DNA of 64,000 nucleotides from positions 191,569 through 255,568 of the forward strand of contig JBAQWV010000041.1 in the NCBI GenBank assembly GCA_049299095.1, written 5' to 3'. The DNA comes from Anaerolineae bacterium (GTDB taxonomy: Bacteria; Chloroflexota; Anaerolineae; JAAEKA01). Each line of letters begins with the position of its first letter. The stretch's first letter is position 1. Below the pieces are notes generated by a model. The model was not told the origin of the DNA. It saw nothing but the letters and a program-made list of their open reading frames with translations, and did no database searches. Below are positions 27,796 to 34,677 of this stretch, piece by piece. The position numbers were made by a program, and so were the translations under genes.

Positions 27796-29130
27796 ATGAC
27801 GAAACCGTCTACAGAAGCACAGCGTGTTTTGATTATGGGTGCGGCGGGCCGCGATTTCCACAATTTCAACGTCTTTTTCCGCGACAATCCCCGCTATCAG
27901 GTGGCTGCATTTACCGCCACGCAAATTCCTGACATCGAAGGGCGCGTCTATCCCGCGGAACTGGCAGGCAAGCTGTACCCTGCTGGCATTCCGATCCACG
28001 CCGAAAGCGAGCTGAGCGAGCTGATCAGCGAGCTGGCTATTGACCTGGTGGTGTTTGCCTACAGCGATGTCAGCCACGAAACAGTTATGCACAAGGGGTC
28101 GCAGGTGCTGGCCGCAGGAGCCGATTACATGCTGATGGGGCCGAAACACACTATGCTGCGCTCCAGCAAGCCCGTGGTGGCTATTTGTGCCGTGCGCACC
28201 GGCTCTGGCAAAAGTCAGACGACCCGCCGCGTCTGCGATATTTTGCGCAGCCAGGGGCTGAAAGTGGTGGCAGTGCGTCATCCCATGCCCTATGGCAATC
28301 TGGTGGAACAAGCTGTGCAGCGCTTTGCCAGCTATGCCGATCTGGATCACCACCATTGCACGATTGAAGAGCGCGAAGAATACGAGCCGCACATTGATCG
28401 TGGCGTGGTGGTGTACGCGGGCGTGGACTACGAGGCGATTTTGCGTCAGGCGGAGCAGGAAGCGGATGTGGTGGTTTGGGACGGTGGCAACAACGACCTG
28501 CCCTTCTTCCAGCCCGATCTGCACCTTGTCGTGGCCGATCCGCACCGCCCTGGCCACGAGTTGAGCTATCATCCCGGCGAGGCGAACCTGCGCATGGCTG
28601 ATGTGGTGATCATTAACAAGATTGATACGGCAGATCTGGACGGCATCGCGCGCGTGCGCGACAGCATCCGGCTGGTCAACCCGGACGCGCTGGTGGTGGA
28701 AGCGGCCAGCCCGATCTTCGTGGACAACCCGGCTGCAATCCGCGGCAAGACCGTGTTGGTGGTGGAGGATGGCCCGACGCTGACCCACGGCGAAATGGCG
28801 TATGGCGCGGGCGTGGTGGCGGCACGGCGCTTTGGCGCAGCCAGGATCGTGGACCCGCGGCCCTGGGCGGTTGGTTCGCTTGCCGACACCTTCGCCAAGT
28901 ATCCAACTACCGGTGCAGTGCTGCCGGCGATGGGCTATGGCGGTCAGCAATTAGCCGATTTGCAGGCCACGATCAATCAAACACCCTGCGATCTGGTGAT
29001 CATTGCCACGCCGATTGATCTGAACCGCATTATTGAGATCAACCGCCCCACCCAACGCGTGGGCTATGAATTGCAGGAGATCGGCCAACCTGATCTGGCC
29101 GCAGTGCTGGTGGAACGCCTGCCGCGCTAA
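27796..29130 (+). CDS. COG2403-type P-loop protein (predicted GTPase / cyclic 2,3-diphosphoglycerate synthetase-like)
   Basis: RVLIMGAAGRDFHNFNVFFRDNP, Walker A VRTGSGKSQTT, and VVVWDGGNNDLPF. AAAGGAG lies upstream. The family assignment is from memory. Confidence 0.7.
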   Translation: MTKPSTEAQRVLIMGAAGRDFHNFNVFFRDNPRYQVAAFTATQIPDIEGRVYPAELAGKLYPAGIPIHAESELSELISELAIDLVVFAYSDVSHETVMHKGSQVLAAGADYMLMGPKHTMLRSSKPVVAICAVRTGSGKSQTTRRVCDILRSQGLKVVAVRHPMPYGNLVEQAVQRFASYADLDHHHCTIEEREEYEPHIDRGVVVYAGVDYEAILRQAEQEADVVVWDGGNNDLPFFQPDLHLVVADPHRPGHELSYHPGEANLRMADVVIINKIDTADLDGIARVRDSIRLVNPDALVVEAASPIFVDNPAAIRGKTVLVVEDGPTLTHGEMAYGAGVVAARRFGAARIVDPRPWAVGSLADTFAKYPTTGAVLPAMGYGGQQLADLQATINQTPCDLVIIATPIDLNRIIEINRPTQRVGYELQEIGQPDLAAVLVERLPR

Positions 29131-29153
29131 GTCGGTGTAAACCTGAACCAGCA

Positions 29154-29195
29154 GCAAGCTCCTCGGCCCGTTATGACCGCAGGAGCTTGTTTTTG
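29154..29195 (+). terminator. Rho-independent terminator
   Basis: 9-bp stem caagctcct/aggagcttg with an 18-nt loop, followed by TTTTTG. Confidence 0.6.
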
Positions 29196-29224
29196 ATTAT
29201 CATAGCCAGCAATTTGTACCAGCT

Positions 29225-29253
29225 TTGACATCCTGTTCAATCCACAATACAAT
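29225..29253 (+). promoter_or_regulatory. Consensus-like promoter TTGACA-17-TACAAT at the left edge of the low-GC island
   Basis: TTGACA at 29225-29230, a 17-nt spacer, and TACAAT at 29248-29253. It lies 44 nt upstream of the ATG at 29297. Confidence 0.55.
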
Positions 29254-29296
29254 AACCCAATCACCAACCTGGGACGGCTTTGTAAGAATTCATCAA

Positions 29297-30355
29297 ATGA
29301 CGACTTCTAAATTCAATTATAAAAGAACTTTTGAGCAGCTTGAGCAAGTAGCCTCCAAATTCTGGCCGATAGAGTTATCCGAAATGGAGGCTAATCTCAG
29401 TGTTATCCCCTTGCTGTTAAAAACCCAAGACCAATTCATTCATGCTTTGAGCCTAAAAACAAACGATTTAGAGGATTTATTCAAGATCGTCGAAGTTATC
29501 AGCCTACCCGCCAATCTTTTTGTCAAACATCTGATCATTTTAGCGGATTTCGGCGGTGAAATGCTAAAGCGCGTAAGCCAGCAGTTTTATTCCCTATTTC
29601 CGGCTGGCACACTCAACTACTGGTGGCAGGGTCAACCGCGAACTTATATTTTCCGAGCATTACCTCGCCAAAAATTCAGTAATACAGCACTCAAGATTGA
29701 CGGCAAAAAGTTATTTGAAAACCATCCGTTGAGCGACTTACAACGTGATGCGATTATGTTGCTGCTATTTGGGAGCGCACACGAAGATTATACGTCCAAT
29801 GCAACGTCTGTTTTGGCAAAGTGCGAGTTAGGCAGCTACTTGGGTAAGTCTGATGAGCTGACAACGTTTATTAAACAGCGATATATCTGGGTGAGCAGGG
29901 TTACTAGTGGAGCCCAGTCCAATAATCTGGGACAATTAGCTCAAAAGTTTGTTGAAGAATATCTCAAAGATAACCTCGGACTGCGCGACGTCAGCGTCCA
30001 AAGCAATGGGCGACTGCCTGAAGTCACCCATACGGACAACACCGCTGACCATTTTACTACTTTCGATTTGGTCGTCAGTGACGGCCGAAAATACGTTGCT
30101 ATTGAAGTTTGTTTTCAAGTCACGACAAATAGCGTGATCGAACGCAAAGCGGGGCAAGCGCGAGCACGCTATGAGCAGATACATGCTGCGGGGCACAGGA
30201 TTGCTTATGTACTGGATGGAGCGGGCAACTTCGAGCGACATATCGCACTGAACACTCTATGCACCTACTCCGATTGTACGGTGGCTTTCTCCCACGCTGA
30301 ATTAGACGTGTTGTGCCATTACTTGCAACAGTATTTTACAGGAACAACGGACTGA
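29297..30355 (+). CDS. Candidate type II restriction endonuclease (DpnII/MboI-like C-terminal core)
   Basis: Low-GC ORF translationally coupled (TGATG) to a DNA methyltransferase. The C-terminal half has GAQSNNLGQLAQKFVEEYL, then FTTFDLVVSDGRKYVAIEVCFQVTTNSVIERKAGQA...AYVLDGAGNF. This resembles the D...E-V-x-F...S-x-x-x-E core I recall for DpnII-family enzymes. The N-terminal ~170 aa are unassigned. Confidence 0.5.
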   Translation: MTTSKFNYKRTFEQLEQVASKFWPIELSEMEANLSVIPLLLKTQDQFIHALSLKTNDLEDLFKIVEVISLPANLFVKHLIILADFGGEMLKRVSQQFYSLFPAGTLNYWWQGQPRTYIFRALPRQKFSNTALKIDGKKLFENHPLSDLQRDAIMLLLFGSAHEDYTSNATSVLAKCELGSYLGKSDELTTFIKQRYIWVSRVTSGAQSNNLGQLAQKFVEEYLKDNLGLRDVSVQSNGRLPEVTHTDNTADHFTTFDLVVSDGRKYVAIEVCFQVTTNSVIERKAGQARARYEQIHAAGHRIAYVLDGAGNFERHIALNTLCTYSDCTVAFSHAELDVLCHYLQQYFTGTTD

Positions 30356-32262
30356 TGGCTTACCTTGCTGAAAACAGCCAGCCGCTCATTTTGCAAACGA
30401 TTGTGGTACGTCACGAAGATGAAATCGGCAAAGCAATCCATAACTTCCCCGATGTTTGCCTAGTGATCCTGCCATCACATACAAACACCGACGAAGTCGT
30501 TTACGCCGCGCCTTCAGTCGGCACGTTTATGGCTGGCATTGCCAACAGCCTGGGGCAAAATTCAACACTGATCTGCGTGGGCGAGATCACCGATTTGGTT
30601 CAGGTACAGGCAACGATGCCAACGTCGCTCCGCTACCAGCACTGGATTGCCATTAAGCGTTCCCAACCCCAGCAGCAAGACACGCGTGCATTGCCCAATT
30701 ACCACTTTAGCGCGCTAATTCACACAAAGTATCAAAAATCACTTGCTCATATTAAAACGAGAATTGAATATACATATTGCCCCACGTGCAAAAAAACGAC
30801 AAAGGATTACGGCGGTAAGAAGCACACCTACCACGAGTATGGCACATTGATGTCTGATGTGTGGCGAGATGTTGCTTACGATCTGAACGGCGACCTTGCA
30901 CCGCTGGTACACCGTTTTCAGGAGCTGTTTGGCCTCCCCTCCTACCAAACACTCTTGTTGCTGGATTGTCGTCAGATGGATTGGACCGTCACTACCAAAG
31001 GCGAAGTAATCTCCCAAAATGGGCAAAAAAGTCTCGTGACTGCTCGGGAACCAGCTCCTCAATATCGGCTGTTTGGTAATGGAAACGACCACAAAACCCA
31101 GCAAAACGGTTCATCGCTGGTTTTTTATGATCGCCTGATCAACGGCGATAGCCTAGAGCAATTAAAGCAAATTCCCGATAACAGCATTGACTTCGTTTTC
31201 ACAGATCCGCCTTACAATTTGGGAAAACAATACAATGGCTATAGCGATGATCTGGAAATCCAGGAATATTTCCAGTGGTGCGATGCGTGGATTGCGCAAT
31301 TGGCTCGTATCCTCAAGCCGGGACGAACTCTGACTCTGCTCAATATTCCACTTTGGTCAGTGCGTCATTTTCTTTTTCTACAAACAGTGCTGCAATTCCA
31401 GAATTGGATTGCTTGGGACGCTCTATCGTTTCCCGTCAGGCTGATTATGCCTGCCCATTATACGATTTTGGCGTTTAGCAAGGGGCCGTCGCGTGAACTT
31501 CCGGGGTTAACAGGCACAGCCGGATGCACCAGCCCAGCCAGCGCCCCACCCGCCTTTAAGGCATTACAGCCGATGGGAGAGACTTACTGTCTGCGCGCTG
31601 GCTGCATACAAGACCGCAAACTGCGCAAAATTGATGACCGCGGCCCGCTTACAGATTTGTGGTGGGATATTCATCGGGTAAAGCACAACAGCCGGCGGGT
31701 AGATCACCCTACTCAACTACCTCCTCATCTGTTGTATCGGCTCATTTCAATCTTCACCAAACCAGGTGAATTGGTGCTAGACTGCTTTAACGGTTCTGGC
31801 ACCACAACACTAGCCGCGCACCAGTTGGGACGACATTACATTGGTATTGAAAAATCGCCAGACTATTTTCGGCTTGCTCAACAAAGACATCAGGAGATCG
31901 CCGAAGGAATTGACCCATTTCGCAAAGAAGAACGTACGCTAACGGCAAAAAACAGCCCTGTTCCACGCCTACCCAAACGAAAATATGAAATCCCAAAAAA
32001 AGAATTACAGTTAGAAGTCAAACGAATTGCTGAAAAGCTCGGCAAGCTACCCACACGCGCAGATGTCATTCAGTATGGAGCCTACCCCATCCATTATTAT
32101 GACGAGTACTTTGTAAGTTGGGGCGAGGTCTGTGCCGCTGCCCGTACAACAGGAATGACAGAATTCAGACAGACAACTGATCAAAATAACGATGCTAATA
32201 CCCTTGACAAAATAGAACAATTACCCTTTATTTTGCAGGACATAAACACGACAACCTATTAA
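30355..32262 (+). CDS. Beta-class N6A/N4C DNA methyltransferase (N6_N4_Mtase family) with a degenerate N-terminal MTase-like module and a C-terminal homing-endonuclease-associated-repeat-like domain
   Basis: Motif IV is DFVFTDPPY (DPPY at 31204-31215). Motif I is LVLDCFNGSGTT (31786-31800), C-terminal to motif IV, which is the beta order. The tail KLGKLPTRADVIQYGAYPIHYYDEYFVSWGEVCAAARTTG resembles the HNH-associated repeat. The start ATG overlaps the upstream TGA. Confidence 0.85.
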   Translation: MAYLAENSQPLILQTIVVRHEDEIGKAIHNFPDVCLVILPSHTNTDEVVYAAPSVGTFMAGIANSLGQNSTLICVGEITDLVQVQATMPTSLRYQHWIAIKRSQPQQQDTRALPNYHFSALIHTKYQKSLAHIKTRIEYTYCPTCKKTTKDYGGKKHTYHEYGTLMSDVWRDVAYDLNGDLAPLVHRFQELFGLPSYQTLLLLDCRQMDWTVTTKGEVISQNGQKSLVTAREPAPQYRLFGNGNDHKTQQNGSSLVFYDRLINGDSLEQLKQIPDNSIDFVFTDPPYNLGKQYNGYSDDLEIQEYFQWCDAWIAQLARILKPGRTLTLLNIPLWSVRHFLFLQTVLQFQNWIAWDALSFPVRLIMPAHYTILAFSKGPSRELPGLTGTAGCTSPASAPPAFKALQPMGETYCLRAGCIQDRKLRKIDDRGPLTDLWWDIHRVKHNSRRVDHPTQLPPHLLYRLISIFTKPGELVLDCFNGSGTTTLAAHQLGRHYIGIEKSPDYFRLAQQRHQEIAEGIDPFRKEERTLTAKNSPVPRLPKRKYEIPKKELQLEVKRIAEKLGKLPTRADVIQYGAYPIHYYDEYFVSWGEVCAAARTTGMTEFRQTTDQNNDANTLDKIEQLPFILQDINTTTY

Positions 32263-32343
32263 TGAACCCGGCGAACTCACTGCGGGTCGGAGCGCGCCTT
32301 CACAGGTCTAGCCGAGCCGTCGCACTAATGACAACAGGAGCGA

Positions 32344-34029
32344 ATGATGACTGACCCCGATGATGTGGCCCGTATCGAACAGGAATTTGAGCGCTGGCAA
32401 GCGACCACGCTCAAAAAGACGCTCGATCGCTTCCCCGAACGCCAGCCCGCGTTCATCACTACCTCCTCCGCGCCGGTGGAACGCCTGTACACACCTGTGG
32501 ACATCGCTGACACCGACTACCTGCGCGACCTGGGCTTCCCCGGTGAATATCCCTATACGCGCGGTGTCCACGCTACCCTGCACCGCGGCAAGCTGTGGAC
32601 GATGCGCATGTTCGCGGGCTTTGGCACGGCTGAAGAGACCAATGCCCGCTTTCGTTACCTGCTGGAACAGGGCCAAACGGGCTTGAGCGTGGCCTTTGAT
32701 ATGCCAACGCTGTATGGCTACGACACCGATGCGCCGGAAGCGCTCGGCGAATTCGGCAAGTGCGGCGTGGCAGTCAGCTCGCTGGCCGATATGGAAGTGC
32801 TATTCGACCGCATCCCGATGGGCGAAGTCACCACCTCAATGACCATCAACTCGCCTGCGGCAATCATCTGGGCGATGTACATCGCCGCGGCGGAAAAGCA
32901 AGGCTACCGACGGCAACAATTGCGCGGCACACTACAAAATGACATCCTGAAGGAATACATCGCGCAAAAAGAATTTCTCTTCCCGCCTGAACCCTCAATG
33001 CGCCTGGTCACTGATACGGTGGAGTTCGGCGCGACCGATCTGCCTGAATGGAACACGATCAGCATCAGCGGCTACCACATCCGCGAGGCCGGCAGCACCG
33101 CGGCGCAAGAATTGGCCTTCACCCTGGCCGATGGGTTTGCCTACGTGGAGGCGGCCATCGCGCGCGGGCTGGATGTGGATGATTTTGCGCCGCGCCTGAG
33201 CTTTTTCTTTAATGCGCACAACGACTTTTTCGAGGAAATCGGCAAATACCGCGCCGCACGGCGCATCTGGGCGCGCGCCATGCGCGAGAAGTACGGGGCC
33301 AAACAGCCGCGTAGCTGGCTGCTGCGCTTCCACACACAAACGGCCGGAGCCAGCCTGACTGCGCAGCAACCGGAAAACAACATCGTGCGCGTGGCGCTGC
33401 AAGCCCTGGCCGCGGTGATGGGTGGCACACAATCGCTGCACACCAACTCAATGGATGAGGCGCTGGCGCTGCCCTCGGAAAAGGCGGTCACGGTGGCGCT
33501 GCGCACGCAGCAGATCATTGGTCACGAGAGCGGCGTTACCAACACCATTGACCCGCTGGCCGGTTCCTATTTTGTTGAAGCAATGACCAACCGCATGGAA
33601 GATGAGGCCAACGCCTATTTCCGCGCCATCGAACGGCTGGGCGGCGTGTTGCCAGCCATTGAAGCAGGCTTTTTCCAGCGCGAAATCGCCGAGGCAGCCT
33701 ACGTTTATCAGCGCGAGATTGACAAGGGCGAACGCATCATCGTGGGCGTCAATGAATACGCCGCGGGTGAAGCGCCAGCTATTCCGATCCTGGCGATGGA
33801 TCCGCAAGGGTACGAGCGGCAGATCGCGCGCCTGCGTCGCGTGCGCGCAGAACGCGACAGCAGCGTCGTGCAGCGCACCCTGCACCGTTTGGCCGACGCG
33901 GCCCGCGATCCACACATCAATCTGATGCCACCGATCCTGGAATGCGTCGAAGCGTATGCCACGCTGGGCGAGATCACCGATGTTTTCCGCGAGGTATTTG
34001 GCGTCTATCACGAACCGGCGTATTTTTAA
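32344..34029 (+). CDS. Methylmalonyl-CoA mutase family, large (substrate-binding TIM barrel) subunit
   Basis: [63 protein letters not shown] lies upstream. Confidence 0.9.
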   Translation: MMTDPDDVARIEQEFERWQATTLKKTLDRFPERQPAFITTSSAPVERLYTPVDIADTDYLRDLGFPGEYPYTRGVHATLHRGKLWTMRMFAGFGTAEETNARFRYLLEQGQTGLSVAFDMPTLYGYDTDAPEALGEFGKCGVAVSSLADMEVLFDRIPMGEVTTSMTINSPAAIIWAMYIAAAEKQGYRRQQLRGTLQNDILKEYIAQKEFLFPPEPSMRLVTDTVEFGATDLPEWNTISISGYHIREAGSTAAQELAFTLADGFAYVEAAIARGLDVDDFAPRLSFFFNAHNDFFEEIGKYRAARRIWARAMREKYGAKQPRSWLLRFHTQTAGASLTAQQPENNIVRVALQALAAVMGGTQSLHTNSMDEALALPSEKAVTVALRTQQIIGHESGVTNTIDPLAGSYFVEAMTNRMEDEANAYFRAIERLGGVLPAIEAGFFQREIAEAAYVYQREIDKGERIIVGVNEYAAGEAPAIPILAMDPQGYERQIARLRRVRAERDSSVVQRTLHRLADAARDPHINLMPPILECVEAYATLGEITDVFREVFGVYHEPAYF

Positions 34030-34125
34030 CGCAGCCCCCATCTCGCAGTTCGTAGCACAGAATTGACCCCTGCGATTGCAAAAACGCACTCTTCTAGGGT
34101 ATGAATTATACAATACACAACCCGT

Positions 34126-34154
34126 TTGACAGTCCTCGTGCATAATGGTACAAT
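34126..34154 (+). promoter_or_regulatory. Consensus-like promoter TTGACA-17-TACAAT between the two mutase subunits
   Basis: TTGACA at 34126-34131, a 17-nt spacer, and TACAAT at 34149-34154. AAAGGAG lies 7 nt before the ATG at 34188. Confidence 0.5.
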
Positions 34155-34187
34155 TTCATTACACGTTTATCGCTAAAGGAGCAGCCC

Positions 34188-34592
34188 ATGTCGGAGCGCA
34201 AAATTCGTATACTGGTTGCCAAACCCGGCCTGGATGGCCATGATCGCGGCGCAAAGGTCGTCGCGCGCGCACTGCGCGACGCCGGTTTTGAAGTGATCTA
34301 CACCGGTATTCGCCAGACGCCAGAAATGATTGTTGAGGCGGCTTTGCAGGAAGATGTTGATGTCGTCGGCTTGAGCATTTTGTCCGGCGCACACCTGGCG
34401 CTGTGCCCGCGCGTGGTGGAATTGCTGCACCAGCAAGGCATGCAAGACGTGATGGTGCTGGTGGGTGGGATCATCCCCGACGAGGATATTGAGCCGCTGC
34501 GCGAAGCAGGAATTGCCGCGGTCTTCGGCCCCGGCACCAGCACTGCCGACATTGTGACCTTTATCAATCAACGTCTGGCTGTGCCAGCCTAA
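34188..34592 (+). CDS. Methylmalonyl-CoA mutase family, cobalamin-binding small subunit
   Basis: [35 protein letters not shown] contains the DxHxxG B12-binding motif. Confidence 0.9.
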   Translation: MSERKIRILVAKPGLDGHDRGAKVVARALRDAGFEVIYTGIRQTPEMIVEAALQEDVDVVGLSILSGAHLALCPRVVELLHQQGMQDVMVLVGGIIPDEDIEPLREAGIAAVFGPGTSTADIVTFINQRLAVPA

Positions 34593-34611
34593 GCCAGCCT
34601 ATTTTCGCAAT

Positions 34612-34646
34612 AAAAAAAACGTCAGCCGCAGGGCTGGCGTTTTTAT
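34612..34646. terminator. Bidirectional rho-independent terminator
   Basis: A8, then stem acgtcagcc/ggctggcgt (one G-U pair), then T5. It sits between convergent genes. Confidence 0.8.
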
Positions 34647-34677
34647 GTTCATGAAATGCGCGGAAGGAACCGACTGG

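Noticed and set aside
27727-28950. 407-aa ORF on the minus strand
   Set aside because: It lies entirely antisense to the COG2403-type P-loop gene, which has clear Walker motifs and an SD. The product is Arg/His/Ala/Gln-rich with no motifs, which is a typical high-GC shadow ORF.
29196-32265. Low-GC island considered as a prophage remnant, transposon or integrative element
   Set aside because: There is no integrase, transposase, recombinase, tRNA attachment site, terminal inverted repeat or flanking direct repeat that I could find. I treat it as an R-M-type gene cassette of unknown mobility.
32263-32343. Possible cobalamin riboswitch upstream of the B12-dependent mutase
   Set aside because: There are only about 80 nt between the stop and start codons, with no B12-box-like sequence. 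That is too short for the riboswitch.
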